Source of the DNA: the human T2T-CHM13v2.0 reference genome, Homo sapiens
Length of the DNA stretch: 64,000 nucleotides
Reading direction: 5' to 3' (one strand)
Assembly (NCBI RefSeq): GCF_009914755.1
Contig: NC_060928.1
Below the pieces are notes generated by a model. The model saw only the letters and a program-made list of their open reading frames with translations, did not search any database and was not told the origin of the DNA. Positions 16,427-28,746 of the stretch are shown here, piece by piece (positions within the stretch are counted from its first letter, which is position 1; each line of letters starts with the position of its first letter). The translations under genes were made by a program, and so were the position numbers.

Positions 16427-17055
16427 TTACATTTCAGCGTAAACATCAGACCTTCCTGGTCCAGCGCCCACTCCCAATCCAAAATCAGTTCCTCCCCATT
16501 ACCAAAAATCCCTCATTGATACCCTCTACTTTTCCTTCCTGGGAAACTTGTAATTACAGCTGTAATGCAGTCACAGTTTGTAATTACGCTTGTGTGCGTG
16601 CGTGCGTGTCTGTGAGCCCTACTGGATCCAAGCCCCAGCAGGCAAGGATTGCACCTGCTTGCTCGCCATGCTGTGTCTCCCCTGGCACAGCGCCTGGCAC
16701 AGTGCCTGGCACGTCGTCCACGCTCCATGGATATTTGTTTCGATGCATGCACAGGTGCACCCCCATAGCTTTGTGACTCTCTGATAGGCGGTGGGGTGTG
16801 GACACAGGCGTCCCCCCATCCAGGGTGGTAGGTGTAGCAATGAAGGATGCCAGCCCTGGAACCAGACTGCCTGAGTTTCATTTGCAGCTTTTACCCACTG
16901 GCACTGTGGCCCAGGTGCGTGACTCACCCTCTGTGTCTCAGTTGCCTCCTCTGGATAACAGTTCTGATGCTCATCCCTGCCTCATAGGGTCATTAGGGAG
17001 GTGAAACGAGCGAGCCGCCTAGTGTTGCTGGCTACTGGCACTTAGTGCAGAGCAC

Positions 17056-17455
17056 CTGGTGCCGGCAGCAGTGGGGTGGGCCTGCAGGCGTGTGGGTTCA
17101 TGCTTAGGGACTTGGTGCCTGCAGCAGTGGGGTGGGCCTGCAGGCGTGTGGGTTCACGCTCAGGGACCTGGTGCCGGCAGCAGTGGGGTGGGCCTGCAGG
17201 CGTGTGGGTTCATGCTTAGGGACTTGGTGCCTGCAGCAGTGGGGTGGGCCTGCAGGCGTGTGGGTTCACGCTCAGGGACCTGGTGCCGGCAGCAGTGGGG
17301 TGGGCCTGCAGGCGTGTGGGTTCATGCTTAGGGACTTGGTGCCTGCAGCAGTCGGGTGTGCTTGCAGGCGTGTGGGTTCACGCTCAGGGACCTGGTGCCG
17401 GCAGCAGTGGGGCGGGCCTGCAGGCGTATGAGTTCATGCTCAGGGACTTGTGCCA
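17056..17455. repeat. 56-bp GC-rich VNTR, about 7 copies alternating A/B
   Basis: ctggtgccggcagcagtggggtgggcctgcaggcgtgtgggttcatgcttagggac repeated with 56-bp period. Confidence 0.97.
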
Positions 17456-18437
17456 CAGCACCCTGGACCTCAGTGGCTTGAGCGCCTGTGGCAGCTCTTT
17501 CACTGCTGTGATAGCAGGCCTGGGGCATGCAGAGCCACAGGGTGGGGCGAGCCTGCCAAGAGGCACAGCTGAGACCCTTCTTGGCATGGCTCTTCTGGAG
17601 TAGGAAGCTCATGTCAAATACCGAGGGGGTCTCAGGAAGGAAGTTGTTGCTTTGCAGACCAGTCTAATCACAAGTGAGTGTGGTCCCGGCAGAGGCTCAC
17701 GCATCAGCCAGCTCGGGAAAGAAAGAACATCAGCTGTGCCGTGAGCAGCATGGCACTGTGGTTTAAAAGAGGTTGCCATAGCAGAGGGGCAGGGCTCCAT
17801 CCAGAGGCAGGGCATCCATGCGCCCAGCAGAGCTCACCCTTGTGAGCAGAGAGGGCTGGAAGCTCTCTTTCCAAAGAGGTTGTAAGGAAGTAACCCAGGC
17901 TGCAGAACGGGGGACGTTAGAGGTCGGGAAGGGCCAGTCTGCACTGGGGAAGTGGGTGTGGCAGAGAAGGGTCAGGCCGCTGCCTGCCCAGTCCCCATAC
18001 AGTGCTGTAAGGGTTAGAAAGACTCTAAAACCTGACTGTTGACATAATGCATTTCAGGATTGTTTTTATATTGCACGTTGACAAGAAGGAGAGAGTGGAA
18101 AGAGACAGAACAGGGAGAAGGAAGTAAGAGCGATGAGGGAGGCAGAGAAGGAGGCCAGGCAGCACAGGGGTCAGTCACTGCCATCCGCGGGTGTATGCCA
18201 AGGACCAAGGCCTGCATCGCCAGAGGGCAGATGGATGCACATTGGCAGCTTTCCCAGCTTTACAGAAGGCGTTGCAGACCCCCCACCCAAAGGAATGATT
18301 GATCTTCATTAAGCGTCAGTTGTGAAAAGTGAAGGCTTTGCCGTGTGCCATGCATAACCGAATACTTTGAGATTATGTATATAAATGTATGTTCACGGTG
18401 TGTGTGCGCGCCTGTAACCTTTCTGTCTTCTTAATAG

Positions 18438-18655
18438 ATCCTGGGTTTGAGCAGTTTAAAATGTCAGAAAGATTGCATGGGAACTGGATCAGACTGTACT
18501 TGGAGGAAAAGCATTCAGAAGTCCTATTCAACCTGGGCTCCAAGGTTCTCAGGCAGTACCTGGATGCTCTGAAGACGCTGAGCTTGTCCCTGAGTGCACA
18601 AGTGGCCCAGTACGACATCTATTCGATGATGGTGGGGACTGTCGTGGTTTTGGAG
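18438..18655 (+). CDS. PIGG: PIGG coding exon 7 (218 nt): DPGFEQFKMSERLHGNW...YDIYSMMVGTVVVLE
   Basis: ttaatag| acceptor, GAG|gtacag donor; phase-consistent. Confidence 0.95.
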
Positions 18656-19041
18656 GTACAGATGCTCACACAGTCATGGCTCAGGTGTTGCATTGATTTG
18701 ATAACTCAGCCAAATATTTATAGTTTTAAATATATATATAGGTGTTATTAAAAATGGGAAAATATTAATTTTCTTGTTTAACTCTTTCGTGGTGTGTCCT
18801 GATTTGTGACAAGACCCAGAGTATTGTCAGTGTCAATTGGCCTCACTCAGTATTGCTGCAGGTGATAAAAAAAAATCATGCCATGCATTTTGGGGCAGTT
18901 AATTAGGAATCATCTTTTCCTGAGCTTGCTTTTCTGTTTTTACTGTGTGGACAGCTGACACGAGAGCGGGAGCTGGGCTTATTTTTAAGTGGGTTTCTCC
19001 AAGCCCAGCAGTCTGTGGATGCTGCTGTTTCTCTGTTCCAG

Positions 19042-19323
19042 GTTCTCACCCTGCTCCTGCTCAGCGTCCCACAGGCACTGCGCAGAAAGGCTGAGCTGGA
19101 AGTCCCACTGTCATCTCCTGGGTTTTCTCTGCTCTTTTATTTGGTGATCCTGGTTCTTTCGGCCGTTCACGTCATTGTGTGCACCTCAGCTGAAAGTTCG
19201 TGCTACTTCTGTGGCCTCTCGTGGCTGGCGGCAGGTGGGGTGATGGTGCTGGCCTCGGCGCTGCTGTGTGTGATTGTGTCTGTTCTGACCAACGTGCTCG
19301 TGGGTGGAAACACCCCAAGGAAG
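19042..19323 (+). CDS. PIGG: PIGG coding exon 8 (282 nt), transmembrane helices
   Basis: ttccag| acceptor, AAG|gtacgt donor; hydrophobic segments VLTLLLLSV, FSLLFYLVILVLSAV. Confidence 0.95.
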
Positions 19324-19389
19324 GTACGTACGGCTGGTTCCTGGGAGTGTGACGTAGTCCTTCTGCTCAGGTTGTTCTTGTTATTTCAG

Positions 19390-20220
19390 GCTGCCTTTCG
19401 TTTACCAGACTCTGGTTGAACACCTGGTGTGTGCCACGTGCTGGCAGTGCCCTGGACAGGGGGCCTCAGGGAAGGACGTGGAGCAGCCTTATCCCAGGCC
19501 TCTGGGTGTCCCGACACAGGTGTTCACATCTGTGCTGTCAGGTCAGATGCCTCAGTTCTTGGAAAGCTAGGTTCCTGCGACTGTTACCAAGGTGATTGTA
19601 AAGAGCTGGCGGTCACAGAGGAACAAGCCCCCCCGCTGAGGGGGTGTGTGAATCGGACAGCCTCCCAGCAGAGGTGTGGGAGCTGCAGCTGAGGGAAGAA
19701 GAGACAATCGGCCTGGACACTCAGGAGGGTCAAAAGGAGACTTGGTCGCACCACTCATCCTGCCACCCCCAGAATGCATCCTGCCTCATCAGGTCCAGAT
19801 TTCTTTCCAAGGCGGACGTTTTCTGTTGGAATTCTTAGTCCTTGGCCTCGGACACCTTCATTCGTTAGCTGGGGAGTGGTGGTGAGGCAGTGAGGAAGAG
19901 GCGGATGGTCACACTCAGATCCACAGAGCCCAGGATCAAGGGACCCACTGCAGTGGCAGCAGGACTGTTGGGCCCCCACCCCAACCCTGCGCAGCCCTCA
20001 TCCCCTCTTGGCTTGAGCCGTCAGAGGCCCTGTGCTGAGTGTCTGACCGAGACACTCACAGCTTTGTCATCAGGGCACAGGCTTCCTCGGAGCCAGGATG
20101 ATCTGTGCCACGCTTGCACCTCGGGCCCATCTGGGCTCATGCTCTCTCTCCTGCTATTGAATTAGTACCTAGCTGCACGCAGTATGTAGTTACCAAAAGA
20201 ATAAACGGCAATAATTGAGT
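19390..20220 (+). other. PIGG: Candidate alternative terminal exon in PIGG intron 8 (AAFRLPDSG*, AATAAA at 20200)
   Basis: Pyrimidine tract and AG at 19388-89, in-frame short tail to TGA 19419, AATAAA at 20200-20205. Confidence 0.55.
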
Positions 20221-20840
20221 CCTCATCTTTACTTTTGACTGCTTTAAGTTAGTATATTTAAGAGACAGTACTGTGATGCCAACTTTGTCATTTCAACAGA
20301 ATTAACCATTTTAGTGGAAACGTTCTGGATTTCTAGAATATTCCTGGAGAAATTTGAGGTCTGGTTTGGTGGGATGTATTGTTGAGGTTCTTTGGTTTCA
20401 AGAAGCAGGCACTGGCGACGTGCATCTGAAGACCTAAGCTCTTCCAGAGCCTGGAAGCGGGAGCGTGGAGGGCCGGGTCCAGGAGCCTTTGGGCAAGCTC
20501 TCTGGGCTGCACCACTGCCCAGAGGGTTCTGACCATTTTCAGTCTTTGTCACTCACCTTGGGACTTGGAGTCCAGTGTGAGAACAGCTGGCTGGCCGTGC
20601 AGTGTCCGGCTCCCCTGCCTGGGCTGAGGGCGTCTCCACTCCTGCAGGCTGCGTCCCAAGAGGAAGGTTCCTGCCGTTGGAGCAGAAGGGGGCTGTTCCA
20701 GAGTAGGGGCCCAGGTGCTGGGTGTGAGGAACAATGGTGTGTGTCCAGGGCATTCTCTGCTGTGAGCAAGGACTTGACATGCAGCAAGATGTGTGTCGTT
20801 ATCAGACCGTCTCTTACAAAGTGCACTTTCCTTTTCACAG

Positions 20841-21295
20841 AACCCCATGCATCCCAGCTCAAGGTGGTCAGAGCTAGACCTTCTTATTCTGTTGGGGACG
20901 GCGGGCCACGTCTTGAGCCTGGGCGCCAGCAGCTTCGTGGAGGAGGAGCACCAGACCTGGTACTTCCTTGTGAACACCCTGTGTCTAGCTCTGAGCCAAG
21001 AAACCTACAGAAACTACTTTCTGGGAGATGACGGTGAGCCTCCGTGTGGCCTCTGTGTGGAACAAGGGCATGACGGGGCCACAGCAGCGTGGCAGGACGG
21101 GCCTGGCTGTGATGTCCTGGAGCGAGACAAAGGCCACGGAAGCCCCTCTACCTCCGAAGTGCTCAGAGGCCGCGAGAAGTGGATGGTGCTGGCCAGTCCG
21201 TGGCTAATACTGGCCTGCTGCCGGCTGCTGCGCTCCCTAAACCAGACAGGTGTGCAGTGGGCTCACCGGCCTGACCTCGGCCACTGGCTCACCAG
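20841..21295 (+). CDS. PIGG: PIGG coding exon 9 (455 nt): NPMHPSSRW...ASSFVEEEHQTWYF...NQTGVQW
   Basis: tttcacag| acceptor, AG|gtgaga donor; SSFVEEEHQTWYF and NQTG motifs typical of PIGG/GPI7. Confidence 0.97.
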
Positions 21296-21681
21296 GTGAG
21301 AGCGTAGGCCCGTGGCCACAGGCCAGACTTTCTACGGCCGATTGGTCACCTGCCAAGCTCTTCTTTTTCTAAATTGAGACCATTTTTCATATTAAGAATG
21401 GGATAGTATTTGAGATCTGAAGAATTGGGAAAATACACTAAAACCAGTGTTTTACTGGATACTAGAATCAATGTTGAGAAGTGAATTTATTTGGGGGCTA
21501 GCCTAACAGGTTTCATTTATTAGTGCTGAACCACTGTAACTGTTCATGATTGAAAACTTGTGTTTCAGTGATCATTATATAGTAAAGATGCTATGTGGGG
21601 GTCAAGCTTGCTAGTGGCTTGTTCTGGACGCCTCGTCCATGCCTGGGCTGTGTGCCCCCCGCCCATCACTCAGTGTCTGCC

Positions 21682-22393
21682 TGTGTCAGGCCATTCGTGT
21701 GTTGCTATAAAGAAACACCTGAGGCCGGGTCACATGTAAGGAAAGAGGTTCATCTTGGCTCTCAGCTCTGCGGGCTGCACAGGAGGCATGGTGTCGGCAT
21801 CTGCTCCTGGAGAGGCCTCAGGAAACTGGCGGTCATGGCGAGGGCAAAGCAGGAGCCAGCACTTCACGTGGCGAGAGCAGGAGAAAGAGAGGGATGAGGA
21901 GGGTGTCCGGCACTTTTAAACATCAGCTCTCTTGTGAACAGCCACAGCGAGAATGCGCTCATTACTGCGAAGATGGCACCAAGCCATTCGTGAGGAATCT
22001 GCCCCCATGACCCAGACGTCTCCCACAAGGCTCACTTCCAACACTGGAGGTTCAGTGTCTTTTTTTTTTTTCTGAAACGGAGTTTCACTCTGTCACCCAT
22101 GCTGGAGTGCAGTGGCACGATCTTGGCTTACTGCAATCAAGAGATTCTCCTGTCTCAGCCCCCTGAGTAGCTGGGATTACAGGCGCCCGCTACCATGCCT
22201 GGCTAATTTTTGTGTTTTTAGTGGAGATGGGGTGTCACCATGTTGGCTGGGCTGGCCTTGAACTCCTGACCTCAAGTGATCCACCCACCTCGGCCTCCCA
22301 AAGTGCTGGGATTACAGGCGTGAGCCACTGTGCCCAGCCTGAAGGTCCAAGTTCAATATGAGATTTGCAGTGGACAAACATCTAAGCCATGTC
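21682..22393 (-). mobile_element. MST (MSTB-like) MaLR solo LTR split by an Alu
   Basis: gttgctataaagaaacacctgag...ggcctcaggaaact...gaatctgcccccatgaccca...tgagatttg. Confidence 0.8.
22059..22339 (-). mobile_element. AluS with small internal deletion
   Basis: Poly-T, gagtttcactctgtcaccc...caaagtgctgggattacaggcgtgagccac. Confidence 0.92.
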
Positions 22394-24098
22394 ATTCCCC
22401 CAGACCCCTATCCTGCTGCTGATGATCCCCAGGGCAGCAAGAAGGACGGGGTCAGCCAGGCAAGGCAGGCGCAGCCTCTGTGGGCCAGCTTTGCCCTTAG
22501 CAAAGCTCCTTTCTCCTCCCCATCCTCCCTTTTCTCTCTCCTCATCCTGAAGGGACAGAGCCGTGTGGGGGAATTCAGCCACCTCCTGAGCCTTTCATTG
22601 GCGACTGGAAAACCACCTAGAAAGTATAGCAAATCATTTCAAGCAAGGCTCGAAATAAGTAGAAGAAACCAGGACAGAAAAATAACTAAGATTTGCCGAG
22701 ACTTAAATTTTAATTGTCTGGCAGTGAAGACTTAGGAAACTAAAGCAAAAGAAGCAGCACAATGAGAGCATCTGCGGCGAGAGTAACAGCAAGGGTTGCG
22801 GTCCCGTCACTGCAGAGAACTCCTGTAAGAAATGGCAGCAGAAGGAAAAGGGAAATGCCTAGTCCTAGTAATGAGGGCACTTCCAGTTAAATGACAGGGT
22901 GTGACTTCATACCTGCTGAGGCAGAGAAGCAGAATTGAATGACGAGACTCAGTCTTGGTGAGCACGTGAGGATTCCTGGGGCCACGTTAGTGGCACAGTT
23001 CTTTTGGAAGATACTTGTAAGTTTACATCAGAAGCTGCGAAATTACAGATTCTTCTGATTAAGTAATTCTTGTGGGAGGCTAAGCATTAACTAAATTACG
23101 AAAACCTCGGTTAGCCAAGTCATCGCAGATGGGTCCTTCTATCTGCCTGCTGTGTGCCTGCACGTTTCCTTTCCAGAGAAGCCCCGGAGAGGGGACTTTG
23201 GTTGGTCCCCACTCCAGAGGTGAGGAAGCGGAGGGGGGACGGGCTGCTGGGAGGTTGTGCGGGGCACGCCAGCATCGGGGTGGGATCCCAGGCATGTAGA
23301 GCAGCCGGGTGTGTCAGGGAGCTCCGTGTCCCGGAATAGCACTTTGACACCTTGTTTCTTACTTTCCTGGAAAATTAAAGCATTAGGAAAGAATTGGCTG
23401 GCTTTCCGCCCCACATGCAAGAGCCACCCCCAACCGCATTATCCGCGGTTTTCCTTACGCGAGGTCAACCATAGTCTGAAAATATGACAGTTATTTTGAG
23501 GCAGCCCACATTCATATAATTTCTATGACAGTAACAATTATATTGTTATAAATGTTCTATTTTATTATTATAACAATCCTGAAGATTGTGTAAAAACGCG
23601 TGCCATTTAAAAAGCAACAATACACAGACACCCAGGTACCCCTTCCCGGGGTGAGGCCCAGGCCCCCGTGTGGCCCCAGTCTCCCCGTCATCCTGGGAGG
23701 CTTTGAAGCGGGAGCTGCAGTGAAAGAAACAGAAGGGAGCCCGGCCTTCCCCACCCTCACACAGGCCAGGACTGGCTGGTGCTGCACCACCGCATCGCGG
23801 TCGGGACTCCGGGCTCTGCCCTCTGACAGGCCGTCAACCTCTGCACCATCTCCTCACCCAGGAGCGGGTGACAGCAGACCCTGTGAGGCCATGTGGGTCT
23901 AGGGACGTATCATGCGTTACTGAGTTAATGGGAGGAGGCAGGAGAGGGGAGGTGAGCTGGTAGGTGCAGGGCTGACCCCGAGAGGGTACCAGGGAACAAG
24001 AGGACGGTTTCTATTTGTCACCGCCTGGCCTCTGGGCATCCACATCTGATGGTGGGAGACCCGTTTGTGAATGAGAAGTGAGAGTTCAAGTTAACTGT

Positions 24099-24228
24099 CT
24101 TTTTTTTTTTTTTTTAATGAGTTCTCACCATGTGGCCCAGACTGGTCTCAAATTCCTGGCCTCAAGCGATCCTTCCGCATTGGCATCCTAAAGTGCTGGG
24201 ATTGCTGGTGTGAGCCACCACACCCCAC
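24099..24228 (-). mobile_element. Alu monomer (FLAM-like)
   Basis: Poly-T then ggtctcaaattcctggcctcaagcgatcc...aagtgctgggatt. Confidence 0.85.
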
Positions 24229-24420
24229 TGAGGTTGACCATCTTTTATTTGTTACACTTTAAGAACCTTTGTTTGAAAATAAAAATCAACAATTTCATGT
24301 AATCTTTGGTTTTTGGGAAAATCAGCTATTTTTTAATACCGTTCTTTGAAAGCCACTTGGTGTAGATTGATCTTGTCGCTGTTTGTTTACGTAATGCTGG
24401 CATTTTCCATCTCATTTCAG

Positions 24421-24612
24421 CTCTGACCACAAAGCCGAGCTCTCTGTCCTGGCTGCCCTCTCCCTCCTCGTAGTTTTTGTGCTGGTGCAGAGGGGGTGCT
24501 CCCCTGTGTCCAAGGCTGCCCTGGCGCTGGGGCTGCTGGGCGTCTACTGCTACCGGGCGGCCATCGGGAGTGTCCGGTTCCCGTGGCGGCCGGACAGCAA
24601 GGACATTTCCAA
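24421..24612 (+). CDS. PIGG: PIGG coding exon 10 (192 nt)
   Basis: catttcag| acceptor, AA|gtaagt donor; phase 2-2, reads SDHKAELSVLAALSLLVVFVLV. Confidence 0.94.
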
Positions 24613-24621
24613 GTAAGTGCG

Positions 24622-24709
24622 TGGCGGACACGGGGTGCATAGAGCCACTTTACTGTTTGATGAACTGGCGGACACGGGGCGCGTGGAACCACTTCACTGT
24701 TTGATGAAC
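24622..24709. repeat. 44-bp tandem duplication just after the exon 10 donor
   Basis: tggcggacacgggg...actgtttgatgaac x2. Confidence 0.9.
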
Positions 24710-25418
24710 TGAGAAGACCAAGCCAGTCTTCAGAGCATTGGAGTTTGGTGTTTGTGAATTGTGATTGTGTCAACAGCTACTGGAGTGTAACTAAGAAAAC
24801 CTCAACCAGCTGCGTTGTTAGCACTTTTTATGTTTTATGTGTTACTTTTAGGAGACAAATCACTTGGAAGTAAGATTTTTTAAATTTAAAATAAAACCTT
24901 CAGGGTGTGTGATGGGACAGACAGATGAGCGTGAATCGGTTTCTAAGTTAGTGGCAGCACGTGATGGCCAGGGTTCTGTTTTCCTGGTCAGGGTGTAATT
25001 GGTGATGAGGATGATGAGTGGATGTTTCCCAGCAGCTGGGAAATGAAGCTTGCTGGAAAATCAGACCGTCCTTGTAATTTATAACGAGCCCCCGTAAGGG
25101 GCCAGGAGCTCCTGTTGATTGGCGGGAGGGCTCAGTCAGGAGGACCATTTTATTTTCTTTGTGTCAAAGCAACTGTGTTTCTGATTTTAATTGTGTTGTG
25201 GTGGTGAACACAGGAGTGGGATGAGCAGAGGCCGTTCTGGAGGGCAGCTTGTAACATGTGGGTGACCCTCTATTTAAATTTAAATAGCTGTTTCCATTTA
25301 TCTCAAGAATATAAGCAGAGGCAGGAGCCTGGGATGGGACAGAGGCATGTCCACTGAAGTGTCCTTCACAAAGTGTCCTTGCAAAAAGGAACAACCAGGG
25401 TAATTATCCAGCAGCAAT

Positions 25419-25514
25419 ACAGTGATCCTCCCAGTGAGGTCGGTGCTCTGACAGTGACCGTCCCAGTGAGGTCGGTGCTCTGATAGTGACCCTCTCAGTG
25501 AGGTCGGTGCTCTG
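25419..25514. repeat. 32-bp tandem repeat x3
   Basis: acagtgaccgtcccagtgaggtcggtgctctg at 25419, 25451, 25483. Confidence 0.92.
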
Positions 25515-27817
25515 CAGAGGGGTCTTCTGGCTGTTAGGCAGCCTATTTTCACAGAACAGAGAAGCATGTTGTGGAACAGGTATGACCCCAGCTTACTAAT
25601 TGTGTACCTGTTTTTTTTTTCATACTTATATGAAAGACTACATACTTAAAATACTGGTGATTATATTTAGGACCTGAAATCATAAGATTGTGGTCTTGCT
25701 TTTTACTTATTTTTGTATCTTAGCGATGTCTAGAGTTAATAAGTGTTGCTTTTCTAATCACAGCAAGTCAAGGTGACTGCTGAGGGCTGTGGCCAGCCTG
25801 AGGGGTGGCCGTGGGGCTCCGGGGGCACCCCTGGAAGTACTTCCTGGCTGAGTGGGGAGTAAGGGGTGGGAGTTAGGGTGACCTGAGGCCTGGCTGAGGC
25901 AGTGAGAGTGTAGCAGGCCGTCATACGGGGCCGGGGCCTGGGGCAGAGAGGATGCTGACGTGCAGGTACCAGCGGTGTTCTGTGGAGATGTCTCAAAGGC
26001 TGTTGACTTTGGAATCTGAGACTTAGGGCTCATCCAAATGGATGTTACATTTGCGGGTGTGTGTTTAAGGTGCAGCGTATGAATAAATTCATTTCCTCAC
26101 AGATCTATACACTGAATTTCAGCATCACTCATCTCAAGACCTTGGCCCTCTTCCCTTTCCTGGCCTGCTTCCTGCAGCATGTAATTTGCTAGTGTCCAGA
26201 ACTAGCCAGTGTGCCTTTTCTTTCCACACGCACTGCCTGGTTCACCTTCTTCCTGTAAAGTGCCTCCGTCCTTTGTCCCCATCTGTCCCGATCGTAAATA
26301 GGTCCTGGCTACAGAGGCATCCTGGCTCTAGATCATTGTAACAGCTGCCGCTCTCCTGTCAGTCCCCCGGGCCCTGCCATCCACTGAGAGTCTGAAATCC
26401 TTTGCACTCAGTTCCTGACTGTCCTCCACTCAGAAGCCCAGGGATGGCTGGAGTGGAGGTGGAAGCGGGGTGGGCCTGGTTGAGCAGGATCAGACTCTGC
26501 CCGGCCAGGGGAGGAGGAGGAGGACCCACCAAAGGCCCTGGATGATGCCCCTCCTGCTCATCACCCTGCCTGCCCTAGCATCCTCTCGACACAGAAACCA
26601 GTCCCTTTTCTTCTATGAAACTTCTCCAGTGATTGTGACCTTTGCTGATTTCTCCCTTCTTTGAATGCAGATGGGCCTATAATTCACTCTTAACTTAGCA
26701 CACACCTTGGCCTGTGGGGGTTGCCAGGTACCTGACCCCAGCTCCTCAGCCAGGATGTGGGCCCCTCCTGGCAGCCACACTGCCAGGCACATGGTATACA
26801 GTGCTCAGGCTGTTTGAACTAAACTGATCAAAGTTTACTTTCTTAATGTAAAAGCTTTCTAAGAAAATCTAATATAGGAAAATTCAGTTTTCACAATATT
26901 ATGATATTAAAAATTACGATTATTTTAAATGATCAGATTTGTAGGCTGTGTGAAGCATTTCATTTACAAAATTTATTTAAAATATTATGTTTTAGGAACA
27001 TACGTGTTTTGTAAGATGAAATTTTTTGGTAATTGTATCCTTTACAGATAACTATCATAAGAGTACTTAATTTTACTGAGCTTACTGTGTGCCAAGCACT
27101 CCCTGCATTCCCTTGCTTAATTCCTAGGATGACTTTGTGAAGTGTAGAACCATTTTCTCTCCATTTCACAAATAGCAAAGCTGAGGGTCAGAAGTCTTGA
27201 TTGACACGCCCGAGTAGGAGAGCTAGTGAGCAGAGCAGCAGGGCTCGGACTGAGCAGAGCTCTGCCTTTTCTCAGAGCCCGCGGGTTGGATGACTGCACC
27301 ACTGCACGCGTGTGTGCCTGTGAATGTGCAGGTGCTTATTTACCTATAACTGCATGTATGTGTACCTGTAAATGTGCAAATCCTTCTTTAAATCTGCTCA
27401 GTTGTGCAATGAACATTTATGAACTTACAGCAGTTTCTTAGAGTTGACTCTTATACTAGTGCGTTGGGTTTTTTTTAATTAACTGCAAAGCAGGCGGGCC
27501 ACGAGGGCACCGCTTGGGTCGTGCCACCAGATGAGCCAAATGAGCAAGATCTCCCCGAAGCCAGCCCCAGCAGAAGAGTCTGCACGAGGACACACCTGTG
27601 GGCCTGTGGCGGCGGCTCCTCAGGGCTGCTGTGCGGAGGAGACATGCCCACTGCCATGACAGGACCTGGGGGGTAGGGAGGGTGCCGCGGCTCCTTTAGT
27701 CAGCAGTGCTGGACATTTACTGGTTCCCTGGGTAGATAGGTGTGTTTTTCATGGGAAAATGTTTTTGAATTTTTCTCACTGGTGCTAATGAATCTAACTT
27801 GTTTTGCTCTTTTTTAG

Positions 27818-28127
27818 GGGTATTATTGAAGCTCGTTTTGTTTATGTCTTTGTCCTTGGCATTCTGTTCACGGGCACCAAAGACTTACTTAAATCTCAAG
27901 TCATTGCTGCAGACTTCAAACTCAAGACTGTAGGTTTATGGGAGATATATAGTGGATTAGTTCTTCTGGCAGCCTTGCTCTTTAGACCACATAATCTTCC
28001 GGTCTTAGCATTTAGCCTCTTGATTCAGACTCTAATGACTAAATTCATCTGGAAGCCCCTGAGACACGATGCAGCTGAGATTACTGTGATGCATTATTGG
28101 TTTGGTCAAGCATTCTTCTATTTTCAG
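27818..28127 (+). CDS. PIGG: PIGG coding exon 11 (310 nt): GIIEARFVY...RPHN...WFGQAFFYFQ
   Basis: tttttag| acceptor, CAG|gtaggt donor; open frame. Confidence 0.96.
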
Positions 28128-28622
28128 GTAGGTTTTCATTATTATCATGGGTAGTAGACTTCATGTTTTACATATTTATTTTAAATTTTTCTTTGAGAAA
28201 ATGTTCCCATAAGTTGGAAAGTGACTGTCAGTGTGGCATGGTGAATTACGCTGAACTCTCGTGTATTTTATAAGACAAAGTACAGCCGGTTGTTTAAGAC
28301 ACGCGTCCCAGGTGTGGATGTGTGGGTGCTTAAGACAGCAGACTGCTGCTTTGCTGGGCCAGGCCTGGGTTTATTTATTACAAGCAGTTCAGGAAGCACA
28401 GACATCACGTTGTTCACTTGCTTCACTGATGAATGTAATAATTGTTCTCGTTCATGCCCTTTGCCCCTGGTGTCGGGGCTGTCCACACTGGGGACCATTG
28501 GTGCCCCCATGATTATTAGCTCCCTGAAGCCTGGTGGGTCGTCAGGGCTTCTGTCCGGTGTTTAAAGACCCATCCCAGACAAGCCCAAACCACCTCAGTT
28601 TGAAGAGACATAGAGGGACAGG

Positions 28623-28746
28623 CAGACGGGGCCTCAGAGGGATCCAGCCTCATCCAGCCTCCCGGCAACCTCAGGAGAGCAGGCCAGATGGGGCCTCAGA
28701 GGGATCCAGCCTCATCCAGCCTCCCGGCAACCTCAGGAGAGCAGGC
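28623..28746. repeat. 62-bp near-perfect tandem duplication
   Basis: caga(c/t)ggggcctcagagggatccagcctcatccagcctcccggcaacctcaggagagcaggc x2. Confidence 0.95.
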
